Assembly (NCBI GenBank): GCA_964430885.1
Contig: CAYSHM010000023.1
Span: 1-51,789 of the forward strand
DNA: 51,789 bases
Source: an uncultured archaeon
GTDB lineage: Archaea > Thermoplasmatota > Penumbrarchaeia > JASLWR01
Direction of reading: 5' to 3'
Made by a program: the position numbers and the translations under genes. The stretch's first letter is position 1. Each line of letters starts with the position of its first letter. Of the stretch, positions 29,037 to 41,600 are shown in pieces. The notes beneath the pieces are model-generated. The model ran no database searches. It had not been told where the DNA came from and saw nothing but the letters and a program-made list of their open reading frames with translations.

Positions 29037-32000
29037 CTACCAGTCATCATCGCTCCATTCATCATCCGCGTCGTCTTCAATATCGTCCCAATCCCTATTG
29101 AGTTCCTCATTTGCAGCTATTACAAGATAGGTATCTTCTTCATAATAATCATCATCTTCTGAGCCCCAATCATCGTCATCCATGTCAGACTCTACGATCT
29201 CTGCGTCTATGATTTTAGCTTTGGTTTTACTGCTTCTTTTGGACGGTTTAGGAGGTTTAGGTGGTTTTTTCTTCCCTTCGAATCTAGCATGTTTAGACTT
29301 CGGTTTTTTCCGTTTATTCCCCTCAACCAAATCAGACTTCTGCCCTTTTTTCCTTTCTTTACTCATTTTTTCAGTTGTCAATTGAGTATCCGCCCTATCC
29401 CCGGGCCTGGTATCATATACTCGGACTCTCCCAGGCGGTGAATCATCCTTCTTGCGGTCTATACTACCGTATAACTTCTGATATTCCTCATCATATTCCC
29501 TTGACTTCTCCTTATTACTGCTTCTTTTCTTTATGAGGATCAGCAGGATTATGATGAAACCCAGAAACAGGACCAATCCGATTATCAATCCAATTGTCAA
29601 TCCCTTACCCAGGCCGCTCTTGCTTTCCTCCTTATCATCGTTTCCATTAGGGCCTATATCATCGTCATCTGCCGGATTGATGTCATCATCATTGTCATCA
29701 TCAGTCAGGTCAGGATTATTTACTGTGATGATCACTTCATCGGTATCATTGTTCCCGAATTTATCCTTGACCATCAAAGTTATTTTAAATGTGCCGGATT
29801 CAAAGAAGTTGAATTCGGTGACCTCACCGTATAGGACATACAGTGTGGAATTATATGTGAAAGACCATGTGTAATTAACTATGCCCACATTGTCATAACT
29901 TCCTGTAGCATTTAGTGATAGTGTCTCGCCCTTCATTATTGTTTGATCACTTCCGGCCTTGGCAAGGGGTTGAACACTATCCTTAAGCGTGACATTTACC
30001 CGATCAGAGGCGGTATTGCCTTCCGAATCAGTCACAGTAAGAACAGCAGTGTATCTTCCAGGTATGTTGAATATGAATGAAAAGGTCTTATCGTATTTAA
30101 GGTGAAAGGTATCGTCATAGCTCAGATTCCAGGTATAGTTCACAATGCCGACGTTATCTCTGCATATTTTTGGATCGATGTTCACGGGCCCAGGGTTGAG
30201 CAGGGTTGTGTCATCACCTATCACAACCCTCGGCGGTTCCGTATCTCTAACAGTGATAATAATAATATCTGAATGAGTATTACCCATTCCATCCTCCACC
30301 ACAAGAGTGACCTTGTATTCACCGACAATGGTGAACATGAAGGATGCTGATGCGCCGTAAACCCTGTTCATAACCTGATCATAAATGAATTCCCAGGTGT
30401 AGTTCATTATGCCGATATTGTCAGTTGAACCCTTGCCATTAAAATGGTGCAGGGAATTTTGATCTATTGTCAGATCGTTTCCTGCATCAGCTTCAGGCGG
30501 AACAATATCCACCAATCCCACATAGGGGAAATCATCATCTGAATTTCCACTACCATAAATGCTGTATGGTGTAAGCCATTTATTACCTGAGAACTGGGCT
30601 GATGGATAACGGTCACCGTAATCCGACCAGTAATTACCCTTTCCCACTCCGTCATCCCAATTGTTCTGGCTTCCATTGTCCAATCCCTGGGATGAGTCTC
30701 CGCCATTGTCAATGAAATTGTTGGAATGGACTTCGTTATTACTGCCGGATTCCAGGTAAAAACCGAAATTGCCATTGTTCTTTATATCATTCTTCTGAAT
30801 AGAGTTCAAGGAACTGCTCCCCCAGGATCTGATGCCGTATCGGTCATTGGAGCTGATGGTGTTCTCAAAGACCTCTCCGTTGCTGGAGTCCGAAACCAAT
30901 ATTCCATCCAGTGAATTCATATGGATCTTGTTATGGGAAATTATACTGTCCTGTGAGCTTGAAACCACCATCCCATAGGAATTGTTATCTGCATTATTTT
31001 GCTCAATTATAATATCTTCAGAATCTCTGACATTGATCCCGTCCCCATTGTCAGGGCCGCAATCATTCCCTATTATATCGGATAATGATACGAAATTGAA
31101 ATGGATGCCTGAACCGTTGTTCATTGTGCATGTGTTCTGAAGAACCCTATTAGATGTGGAGTGGTCGACATATATTCCGTACTGGTTGTCATTACACGTG
31201 CTTCTTTGTATTGTGTTGCTGGCACTTCCGCTCCTAATAATGATCCCATATTCAGAGTTGGATATTAGCTGGGAATCCGCTACCTGATTGTTGGAGGAAA
31301 GGAGTTCTATACCGTTATCGTTATGATGAGATGAATGATTGCTCACCGAATTCTGGTTGGAATGGGGTGAGATATAGATCCCTGCATTATCATTGTAATT
31401 ACAGGAGTTTGAATCCATTTCATTGTATATGCAGAATTCATCGATATATATTCCGTGCTTGTTGTTGTTGCATCTATTATTGAGTATCCTGTTGTAGTTG
31501 CTGTTGCTCTGAAGCATTATCCCATAAAGACGATTATTGATACATTCGTTATCCTGGATAGTGTTGAATGAGGAAAATGCAAGCATGATGCCGATACTTC
31601 CGTTGGAGGCTGCAACTCCCTTGACAGTGATATTGGTGCAGTTGGCCAATATCACTTCACCGTAATTATTTCCGACCAGGACTCCAGTCTCTTTATTCTT
31701 GAAATAACCGATTGTCTTGCCCTGAACTGAATTGCTCTCCTCTATTATGTGAGTGTTCCAGTTCTCCAGATCATAACCTGCGATGAAAATTCCGCTCTCC
31801 TCAAGTGTATTGTTCTTCATCCGTATGTGTTGGCATGAATCCAGCACAATGCTGTGTTCCAGGTTCCCGAAGCAATCGTTCTTGTCTATATTGATACTGG
31901 CTGAATTGTGGAGGTGGATTCCAGATCCGTCATTGTCATGAGCGGAATTATCAATTATGTCATTGTTATTGGCTGATAAAAGGTAAATCCCCGCACCGCC

Positions 32001-32834
32001 GTTGTTCTCACATACGTTATCGGTGAACTCATTGGCTGAGGATTTGAACATATATATTCCATGGTCACCGTTATTTGAGCAGATATTGTCATCGAAAGTG
32101 TTCCCGTTGGAATTCTCATCTAAGTAGATCCCAGTAGAGGTGAAGAAGTCTCTACCTCTCCCGTCACCCCTCCTTTGTTCATTCTCCTCACAGGTGTTCA
32201 GCTGGAATTCATTGTTGTCAGCCCCTGACAGATATATGCCGTAATAATTTCTTCTTATGACGCAGTTGGATATTTCATTATTCTCAAATCCGTCATCAAG
32301 CCTCATTGCATAGTTATTGCCATTGGCTGTGCAGTCGTCGATATTATTGCTGAAACAATCTCCGTTGGACTTGATACCTGCAAAATCGTTGTTAACAAAA
32401 TAACAATCGATTATAACATTTTCAGAACTGGATGACAGCACTAATCCATTTTGAGTGTCCTCTATCCAAATGCTTTCTATATGATTCCCATCGCTCTGGA
32501 GTTCCAGACCGGTTCCTACTTCCTCTCCGTCTATCTTTACCTCTTGAGCGTCCTCACCTGTAATTGTCAAGCTCTTTTCACTCACTACAACATGCTCGTA
32601 GTATGTTCCGGTTTCAATTATAATAGAATCGCCAGAATCAGCGGCATCCACCGCAGCTTGAATGGTTGTATAATCTCCGCCCCCGGTTCGGTTTACTATA
32701 AATGTCTGAGCTCTTGTGTCAGTTCTTTCCTCGAATCCGCGGACCGAACTAATTGTATGTTCAGCTCCAGAGGATAGAATTAATAGTAATATCAATCCCA
32801 CGATCAATCCCTTTAGATGGCTTCTATTGAACAT
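29037..32834 (-). CDS. Surface protein with long right-handed beta-helix (NosD/CASH-like) + three PKD domains + TM + tail
   Basis: DYTTIQAAVDAA...GTYYE start, many N..GI.L..S.NN.I..N repeats, GNYWSDY cap, three S.DN.GI.NYTW PKD units, TM + KKR. ATG 32834 has a GAGGT SD (track start is TTG 32843). Confidence 0.88.
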   Translation of the reverse strand: MFNRSHLKGLIVGLILLLILSSGAEHTISSVRGFEERTDTRAQTFIVNRTGGGDYTTIQAAVDAADSGDSIIIETGTYYEHVVVSEKSLTITGEDAQEVKIDGEEVGTGLELQSDGNHIESIWIEDTQNGLVLSSSSENVIIDCYFVNNDFAGIKSNGDCFSNNIDDCTANGNNYAMRLDDGFENNEISNCVIRRNYYGIYLSGADNNEFQLNTCEENEQRRGDGRGRDFFTSTGIYLDENSNGNTFDDNICSNNGDHGIYMFKSSANEFTDNVCENNGGAGIYLLSANNNDIIDNSAHDNDGSGIHLHNSASINIDKNDCFGNLEHSIVLDSCQHIRMKNNTLEESGIFIAGYDLENWNTHIIEESNSVQGKTIGYFKNKETGVLVGNNYGEVILANCTNITVKGVAASNGSIGIMLAFSSFNTIQDNECINNRLYGIMLQSNSNYNRILNNRCNNNKHGIYIDEFCIYNEMDSNSCNYNDNAGIYISPHSNQNSVSNHSSHHNDNGIELLSSNNQVADSQLISNSEYGIIIRSGSASNTIQRSTCNDNQYGIYVDHSTSNRVLQNTCTMNNGSGIHFNFVSLSDIIGNDCGPDNGDGINVRDSEDIIIEQNNADNNSYGMVVSSSQDSIISHNKIHMNSLDGILVSDSSNGEVFENTISSNDRYGIRSWGSSSLNSIQKNDIKNNGNFGFYLESGSNNEVHSNNFIDNGGDSSQGLDNGSQNNWDDGVGKGNYWSDYGDRYPSAQFSGNKWLTPYSIYGSGNSDDDFPYVGLVDIVPPEADAGNDLTIDQNSLHHFNGKGSTDNIGIMNYTWEFIYDQVMNRVYGASASFMFTIVGEYKVTLVVEDGMGNTHSDIIIITVRDTEPPRVVIGDDTTLLNPGPVNIDPKICRDNVGIVNYTWNLSYDDTFHLKYDKTFSFIFNIPGRYTAVLTVTDSEGNTASDRVNVTLKDSVQPLAKAGSDQTIMKGETLSLNATGSYDNVGIVNYTWSFTYNSTLYVLYGEVTEFNFFESGTFKITLMVKDKFGNNDTDEVIITVNNPDLTDDDNDDDINPADDDDIGPNGNDDKEESKSGLGKGLTIGLIIGLVLFLGFIIILLILIKKRSSNKEKSREYDEEYQKLYGSIDRKKDDSPPGRVRVYDTRPGDRADTQLTTEKMSKERKKGQKSDLVEGNKRKKPKSKHARFEGKKKPPKPPKPSKRSSKTKAKIIDAEIVESDMDDDDWGSEDDDYYEEDTYLVIAANEELNRDWDDIEDDADDEWSDDDW

Positions 32835-33011
32835 GATTGTCAACCTCTACTTGTTTTGGTCACTTCAATTCAATGCTAAATTTAATTTGCTGATTTTTGG
32901 AGAAAGTGTCCCGATCAATGCAATAATCAGATAGAATTAGTATGTAAAGATAAATCAAATAGAAATATCTTTTTGGTTTTTTAATAAAGAATCAGGTTAT
33001 AAAAAACCAGT

Positions 33012-34562
33012 TCAAGACCTTCTCTTGGATATCAAAAGGATCACCAGTACAACTGCACAAATTATCATGAAAATTGAAAGGACGATCCATAAGGTATTTT
33101 TGTTTTTTTCTACATCATCCTTTTGAAGTTCCATATCCAGACTGATATCCATTGATATTTGATCGTCCATTGTCAAGAATCCCTTAGATGATGCAGAATC
33201 TTTATTTCCACTCTCCTTTTTATAAGTGGTATTGTATTTAATGTAGCCGAAGAAATCGGTTCCAGCATTGGATACTGTCGCGGTATGTACAATAAACTCG
33301 ATTGTTCCGCTGTTATCGGTTTCCCCCTGTTTCAGAACATTATCCGATATGTCTTCTGTAATCACTATTAATGCGCTTTTAACAGGTTCATCATTCCGAT
33401 CCTTGACCGTGATTTTCAGTGTTCGAAACAACTGGATACGTCCGGCTCCTGATGCTTTCAAACCGGGGATGAAGAATTCCGGGACCTGCTCTTCATTCAT
33501 AGATATGTCAGTTATCCTATCCCAATTGGTCAAAATAACATTGGAATTCTCAGTTGCATTTACCAGGGGAACAGTTATGTTGGTCAGAACCGCCTCTGTC
33601 TCCTGAGAGAAGCGCAGCGGGTAGGAGAAAACGCACCCGTGGGATGCAGAGAACTCTTTAGCGGTGCATAGATTGTCCATGAAAACCGGGGATGACGGGG
33701 TCACATGTCCCCCTTTGATGGTAATTTTTGTAGGAACGTCAACAATAAGGTCCCTTGTAGTGCAGTTATGGAGTTCCAGTAAATCCATGGTGTTGGGTTC
33801 TGGACATGCGATCATATGCTCTATCAGGGAGTCCCATATGGTAATATTTCTGTAGGAGCAGATCGTGATATTCCTGATGTTTGAATTTCTCATGCCTACA
33901 TTTTCTGAAACCTGACCCAAGACAGATTCTCCGGATATTGAACAGTATGACAGACTTAAGGATCCGCATTTATCAATGTTCATGTTCCTGAATGTTACAT
34001 TGCTTGCATCAATACTACCTAAGCAGTTGACAATTCTGAGCCCTTCAATTTCATTCATGCCTGATACGTCTTCTACAGTCAGTGTTTTCAATTTCCTGAT
34101 ATCCATGGCAGTTATATTGAGTAAGCTTCTGGAAATGTGGATGCTGCAGCCATCTCCATTGACAATAAGTTTGGAATAATCAATGGTTGATCGATTTGCT
34201 AAATATAATGCCGATTGATCATACAGAAAAATCCTGAAATTTTTGCTGCTGACAATACTGCTCCGGTCCATGATCAATTTGCTCCGCCCTTCCAATTTAA
34301 TAAAAAATTGTTCATGATCATCCTGAGCTAAATTGAGGGTTGAATTCTTTAGTATCAGAGTTGCCTGTTCACGAATGATTATGTCGCTTTCAACAATGCG
34401 GTTTTCCATGTTCTCTAGTTCCACTACCCTATTCTCGTCGAAGGTCCAATCATTTTGAGCCCGGTCACTGAAGGCCGAAACTGTGTTAAATAAACCAGAA
34501 CTGATTAAAGGAATTAAAATTAGGAAGGAGAATATTATCCTATTATCGGGTTCCCAACTCAT
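33012..34562 (-). CDS. Exported beta-solenoid-like protein with C-terminal TM anchor, hypothetical
   Basis: Signal-like segment after ATG 34562, a repetitive beta-rich region, a carboxypeptidase-regulatory-like segment (ITVKDRNDEPVKSALIVI...GETDNSG), TM + SKRRS. Start uncertain. Confidence 0.75.
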   Translation of the reverse strand: MSWEPDNRIIFSFLILIPLISSGLFNTVSAFSDRAQNDWTFDENRVVELENMENRIVESDIIIREQATLILKNSTLNLAQDDHEQFFIKLEGRSKLIMDRSSIVSSKNFRIFLYDQSALYLANRSTIDYSKLIVNGDGCSIHISRSLLNITAMDIRKLKTLTVEDVSGMNEIEGLRIVNCLGSIDASNVTFRNMNIDKCGSLSLSYCSISGESVLGQVSENVGMRNSNIRNITICSYRNITIWDSLIEHMIACPEPNTMDLLELHNCTTRDLIVDVPTKITIKGGHVTPSSPVFMDNLCTAKEFSASHGCVFSYPLRFSQETEAVLTNITVPLVNATENSNVILTNWDRITDISMNEEQVPEFFIPGLKASGAGRIQLFRTLKITVKDRNDEPVKSALIVITEDISDNVLKQGETDNSGTIEFIVHTATVSNAGTDFFGYIKYNTTYKKESGNKDSASSKGFLTMDDQISMDISLDMELQKDDVEKNKNTLWIVLSIFMIICAVVLVILLISKRRS

Positions 34563-34749
34563 TTCACGTCCTCTGGTTCCAGGTATGATTATCAAAACAT
34601 GTTTCCTGTACGATGGCATTTCATGTTATTGATATTACTTACTACAAGGTGCGATAATTGATCCAATTATTATTATTGATAATGGAAAGGATACGGTGCA
34701 ATCCCTTATCCCTGTGTTTAATAATCGGATAATGATTATTATTTCACAA

Positions 34750-35307
34750 TTATTTCAATTTGGCATCACAGTTGATACATGTCTTGTTGTCAGAACCCTG
34801 TACCTTGGCGCACTCAGGGCAAGCGATCTTTGATGGGTTTTTCAGTTCCTGTCTGACAGCAAGTATGAACCATCTCTTCTCCCTGTCATCTGCAAATTTG
34901 ACCCCTGAGAAAATCAGTGTTCCTAGGAAAATGAATATACAGGCGATGGGAATTGCGATCATTCTGTAAGAATATTGGGTGTCAGTCTGGTCGAATAATT
35001 TAGGATAAATTCCGATGAATATCAATGCTGCCAGCGATGTATAGAGGATAAATAATGCAAGTGTTCCCAATCCGCCCAATTTCTGGTTCTTGATCAGCAG
35101 CCCGTTTATGAACATGACAATAATCAACAGACATGCAAAAGCAAAGCATGCGATCATTATCCATCCTTGGGTATTACTGATGGTCGGAGGTGTGGATAGG
35201 TCGGAGAAATGGACATCTTTGACGGCTAAAAACGATAAGATGATTAGCATAATCCCTATAAAGTGGACATAGATTATTCCTGGTACTCTCAATCTGGTCA
35301 TTGACAT
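34750..35307 (-). CDS. Four-TM membrane protein with C-terminal Zn ribbon
   Basis: Four hydrophobic segments, then CPEC-x10-CINC at the C-terminus. Confidence 0.8.
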   Translation of the reverse strand: MSMTRLRVPGIIYVHFIGIMLIILSFLAVKDVHFSDLSTPPTISNTQGWIMIACFAFACLLIIVMFINGLLIKNQKLGGLGTLALFILYTSLAALIFIGIYPKLFDQTDTQYSYRMIAIPIACIFIFLGTLIFSGVKFADDREKRWFILAVRQELKNPSKIACPECAKVQGSDNKTCINCDAKLK

Positions 35308-35671
35308 CACTCTTATTATATATATGGTGGATCAAAATTGAATGGGAATGTTGATGATATTATTTATCTAAACCTAATAAGTCTATAAAAAATTAACCAT
35401 ATTTTTAAGGTCCTCCTTCTTTTTATGAAGTAGTCTGGCCAATATTATTCTACATTTAAGGACCAATTGAAAGAATCGATGTAAAATGCCAATGATAATT
35501 ATTGAAGAAGGTCATCTTCAATTGAGAAATATCAAATAACAATTATGAAGGGTTTTCTATGTATTTCCAACAATTAATTATAAGATTTCATTGACGAATA
35601 CTGTTAAATATAGTGAATCGTATTTAATAAAACGATTTGAACAAAGAATTTTTGAGTTAAAAGGTGAAAAT

Positions 35672-38600
35672 ATGTATTCAATATTGTCGACTAGATTGAC
35701 TAAATCAAAATGGATGAGCCTATTTTTCGTCCTATTGTTGTTGGCCCCAATGGGTTGGATGAACTTGTTCAGTTTTAGCACCAATGCAGTAAATCCTCCA
35801 GATGCTAATCTCGAAGAAGCTACAATGATATCAGGTCTAAGTTCTTTCGGCTCTGATGAACCCCTGCTCATATGGGATAATGACGGGGGAGACCAGCCTG
35901 ACGGTCTGAACGGCTGTGAAAGTTTCATAAATGACTCCCTTGCATCCAATGGGTATCAGAACATTACCATATCTGCACAGGGTGAAAACCTAACTGCTTT
36001 TAATTTGACCAACTATACAGTGGTTTTCATAGTATTGGGTATGGGCCCGGGAACAGGTAATATTTCAGCGCCCGAAATGGCCGAATTAACTGCTTTTCTG
36101 GACAATGGCGGCAGGTTATATGTAGAGGGTGGAGACATAGGTTTCCAAGCCGAAGATGCCTCGGGAAGCGGAGAATACGCAAACCTTTGGCCTTATTTGG
36201 GAGCCCAGTATCAGAGCAACGGAACCAATCAGGAATATGTTGTTGGCTGTGCTCCGGTGATCACCCAGAATCTGTCATTTGCCTATACCGGCGATAACGC
36301 ATCAATGGATGAAATAGGTTCGGCAAACGGGGGTTTTGAAATACTCAACAACAGTGGCACAGGATTTGGTATTGCAAATAACAAGAGCTACCGAACTGTT
36401 CTTTTCACCTTTCAGTTCGGAGGTCTGGTCGATTGGGGTAACTTCACCACCAAGGATGAGTTGATGAGACGCCTGATGCATTTCTTTGCCTATGAAAAAA
36501 AGGTCGACATTTCAGTTGGCAAGGAAAACCTGCCCACAGCTTCGTTCACAGATTTCGAGACTGAGTCCGACGAAGGATGGACCCATGGAATAGTCCAGGG
36601 GAACATTGATTGCTGGGAAAGAGGACTCCCCACTTCAGGTCCCAACTCTGCCCATTCCGGGACCAATGTTTGGGCCACAGATCTTTCAGCAAATTATCTT
36701 GATTTTACTGACTGCGCCCTATATATGCCTAGAGTGGATCTTTTCCCCAACTCAAAGCTGGAATTCTGGCATTGGTATAATATTGAGAGGGGATGGGATT
36801 TCGGCCAGATAGAGGTTCAGAGCCAGCCAGGAGGAAATTGGCAGATGATTTCATCCTTCACGGGTCAGAGCAACGGATGGGTGAAGGAAACGATATCCAT
36901 TCCGAATCAGTTCTCTGGGAACGTTCAGATCCGGTTCAGGATAATTACTGATTTCATCATCACAGCACCGGGATGGTATATTGATGATATAGGTCTCATT
37001 TCCGACAACGGGATGTTCGATCACGATGACGGATATTTTGTCAGTAATGAGGTTGAAATAGAACCCAATGTGACAGTAAAGAATGAAGGGAATGTACCTG
37101 CAGCTTTTGATCTGAGAGCCCGAGTTTATAATCAGAACAACGGAACTGAGGTCTATAATCAGAGCGTTCTGGTAAATCTTACACCTCGGGAGACAATGGA
37201 TGTGGGTTTCCCGCAGAAATGGAATACAAGTACCGATGTCAACGCTACTTACATAATGGAATTCATGTCACTGGCCAATGAGGAGAATGGCACAGATGCC
37301 AACAATGTCACATCATTCTGGATATATGTGGGAATATTCACGGACCTCGCCAGTCAGGATGTGATGTTCAATGTTAGCGATCCCTTCCTACCGGGTATCA
37401 ATCTTACTCCTAAGGGCAAGTTCCTTAACCTCGGTAATGCTAATATCAGCGCATTTACAGCTTCTTTGAAGATCACCGACACCAATTCAACCGTTATTTA
37501 CTGGCAGAACGTTTCCGGCAATTATCTGAACCTTTCTTGGGGAAACAGTACAATTATCGAATTTCCGGTCTGGCAGGTTCCAAACGGTGAGGACGATTAT
37601 CTGGTGAATCTTTCCCATGATTTTGTCGATAAGGACAGTGGAAATGACATATATCGCACATGGGTCAAGGGTGAGGAATACTATGATGCTATGGTTGAAG
37701 AGGTTCTGTTCAACGTCTCCCTTCCGCTCAATTCCTCGGATGTGGTAAATATCACTGTTCCAATAGTCAATAATGGGAATATAGATGCCCTGAACTTTGC
37801 GGTAACCTGTGTAGTTCTCAATCAAACAGGGTCCGAGATATATAATGCCACGAATGCTTCGGTGAGTGTAGGTTTGCCAAACGGCAATATCACAAGAGTG
37901 GCCTTTGACAACATACAGCTGCCTTCCGAAGAAGGCGATATTACTGTAATAATAATCATAACTTGGCCTAACGATGAGAATCAGTCCAACAATCTCTTTA
38001 TGGATGATTTTCCCATCGATGACCATCACGACGTGGGTTTCCCTGATCCCCTGGATGTTCAGATAGTTGGTGAGAAGCAGTATGATTACTTCCCCCTTGG
38101 TCCCCGAGAGATCCGGACGAACATTGCCAATTTCGGAAATGTCAACCAAACCCCCACAGTGAGATTCGATTATGCCATAGAGGGTCCGCCCCGATATCTT
38201 TTCTTCGATGATGTTGAGGGAAGTGTGGCCAATGATACCTGGACAAAGGTGAACTTTGCAGGTGGCCAATCCCAGTTCCACGTGGTGGAGCCTAATTCAC
38301 CTCACAGTGATTTTCATTCCCCCGATCACTCATGGTGGCTGGGTCAGGAAGCTACCGGGGATTATGCCGATAATAATGATGCTGAACTCATATGCACCAG
38401 GATGGATCTGAGGGGGGAGACAGAGGCCACATTGAACTTCTGGCATGATTTCAAGATCGCACAGGATGATATTCTTGGAATTGCTTACAGTTTGACGTCT
38501 CTGGATGATCCGCCGAACGGTATGTGGCAGTGGTATGCAAACTGGCAGGGAGGTAACAGCGGCGGATGGACTCAAGCCACATATGATCTGACCCCCTTTG

Positions 38601-41600
38601 CAGGTCAGGAGTTCCTGTTGGGTTTTGTTGCTCTTACACAGGATAATGCAGGAGTTCCAACCGTGGATGATGGATGGTATATCGACGATATAAACATAAC
38701 GGGTCCCAACCCCATTGTTATTGACAGCCATTTTGTGCAAGCACCTGAACTGGCACCAGGACAGAATGCCACCGTGACAGACGTTTATGATTTTCAGCAG
38801 AATAATACCTATTTTATTCTTCCGACAACTGTCCTTCAAGGAGATGAGAACGTGGCCAATAATGACGGCTACAATACTTCAATGTTCATGGATTTCTATG
38901 ACCTCTCACCCACCTCCATTGAGGTCCAGGGTGCTAGGACGACCTTCGAGAAACTGGACCTCAGTGAGAACGATGGCGGATTGATACCTGGAGGAAGATG
39001 GTCATTTGAATGGGGACTGCCTACAAACCCCACCGGTCCGTTGAGCACAGGATTCAATGATAACTGCTGGGCGGTAAATCTGGATTCTGATTATAGGGAG
39101 CACCAGGACATTACTCTTACTTACATGCTGGATCTTAAGAACTACACCGGGGCGCAGCTTACCTTTGATCACTGGTATCTTACAGAAGAAGGTAATGACG
39201 GTCTTTGGCTGGAGATAAAGAATGGGACAAATGATGATTACCTAAATTTGACTCCCCTTGGCGGTTATCCGTCCTTTACAAAGGTGCCATGGGATGGTAC
39301 TCGTATACCTGCTTACAGTGGAAAGAGCGGCTTCGATCCCTTTTTCCCCGAATGGAGGCAGCCGATTTTCAATATATCCGAATATGTCGGTTATGTGGTG
39401 GAGATAAGGTTCCATTTCTGCAGTGATAATGTCCCAAATGATCCAGGGTGGTTTATGACCAATCTCTCGGTCATTGATCCGTATACAAATGCCTGGTACA
39501 GGATGAACTCAGGTGAGGATTGTACTGTGAATTTCGATTTCACAAATCTGGGCAATATCCCTTCAATTCAGGCTTCAGCTCATCTTAATGTCAGGGGTAT
39601 TACCGATCCAGGCTATTCTTATCAGGATACCATCACCATTTCAGGTATTGATCCACTTGCATTGGAAAGCGATGTATTTACAACCCCATGGACCCCGCCG
39701 GCAGTTGAGGGTCTCTACTGGATGAATATAACTCTGGACATACCCAATGATCTTAAACCTGAGAATTCTGAGATTGGCATTATTGTTGAGGTGGAGGATT
39801 TCCATGCTTTAGCTGCAAAGGACATACTGCTGCCTATTGAGAACCAGGCCTATGCTTTGGGAGACACTATTGGGATAGGCGCTCTTGTAAGGAACTGGGG
39901 CACCCATCCGGAACAGGATGTGGATGTGGAGATAGAGATAGTAGATATTGATAATGCCAGCTGGGCACCTGTGGTATTGACCGATACCCTGGATGATATC
40001 CCTCTCAAGGAAGATGCCTTGATGGAGTTTGATTGGACCATCCCGGATAGGTTGGGTGCGAGATATATGATCACATTGACGGTAACCCATCCGCTGGATG
40101 AAAATGCTACCGACAATGTTTATTCTCACATTTTCTACGGCCTGCACAAGAGATCCGCCAATGGGCTGTTCGGTTTCATTGTTGACAACTCCTCAGATTC
40201 ACCTTACTACAGCCAAGCTCTGAGCGGTGTTGATGTGCTCCTTGTGAGCAGGAATACCGGAGACCTTATGAACACCACCCAGACCGATGAGTTGGGTTAT
40301 TATTACTTCGATCTATGGGACCAGGTGCCTGGAAGGGAATACTGGGTCTATTACCAGAAGGATTGGTACTATCGAAGCACCTATCTGCTGTCACTCATGC
40401 CTAGAACAGTCTACAGAATGGATATGGAAATGGAATCCAGCAACCTGCTGCCTATAGCCCGGTTGATGATAAATGGCGGTGAATCCATGACACATTATTT
40501 CATAGATAATATGGAACTAGAATTTGATTTCTCCTCTACCTTGGATAATGATGATCCTGGTCAGATGCTCACCTACAGATTGGAGTCCGATATTTCGGGT
40601 CTTCTTTTCCAGGGTGAGAATGACAGTTTTGTCACATCTCTTGTCAGCGGCAGCCATAACATTACTTTAACTGTATCTGATGAGATGGGCGGTTTTGCCA
40701 GCACGAGCACTACGGTCATATCGATGAATACAAGCTGGAAATCCTACAATATAGGAGTTCTAACTGTTGAGCTCCTCTGTGCAGGACCTGGTGCTATAAT
40801 TATTGAGAATCAGGAAGTAATGCCACATTTACCAGCTGGATACGTGGATATTCATGAGGATTTCCATTTCAACCTGAAGATCCAAGGTGATTTTTTCATT
40901 GAGGGGATGATCATTACAATGACCTATACCGACGATATCCTTCACCATAATGCTTATGAGACTGATCTGGGAATATTTGTATATTACCACCGGCCGCAGA
41001 CACGCAGCCTGGCAGGGTGGTCTGAATTAGAGGTCATTGAGAGAGATTTCGAGAATAATACCCTTTCAGTCCTAAATGATAATCGAACCTGGCAAATGGA
41101 TATAGATATATCCATGATGGCTCCGGAGGATGTCACACCTCCAGCAGTATTGGAAACCGTACCGGTGGACAAGGAAAAGAATGCAAGTATCTATACGGAC
41201 ATTTACATTGTGTTCAGTGAACCCATTCAGTTCAACCTTCTGAAGAAGAGCGATATGACAGTGAAGGTGGATGTTGTGGAGACCAAGGATTACAGTCTTC
41301 GCTATAATGACACGGAGAGAACACTCTATATTGTCATGGACTCCCATCCCCTGGATCCAAATGAGAAGTATTCTGTAAAAATTGACCGGGTCTTCGATCT
41401 GGTGGGGAATGCCCTTGAAGAGATCACATTTTCCTTCAGGACCAAGGAACCTGCAGTATTGAAGGAAAAGGTTCATGGTTATGTCAGGGATAAGAATCTC
41501 AATCCGCTTTCAGGAGCCAGTCTGCTGGTCGATGGAGATATGGTAGCTGTTACCGATGACTGGGGTTATTTTTCGTTCTATATCCAAGCTGGAACCTATA

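Noticed and set aside
32974-33009. TGGTTTTTT..AAAAAACCA inverted repeat
   Set aside because: Mostly homopolymer arms. It could be a weak terminator but is not supportable.
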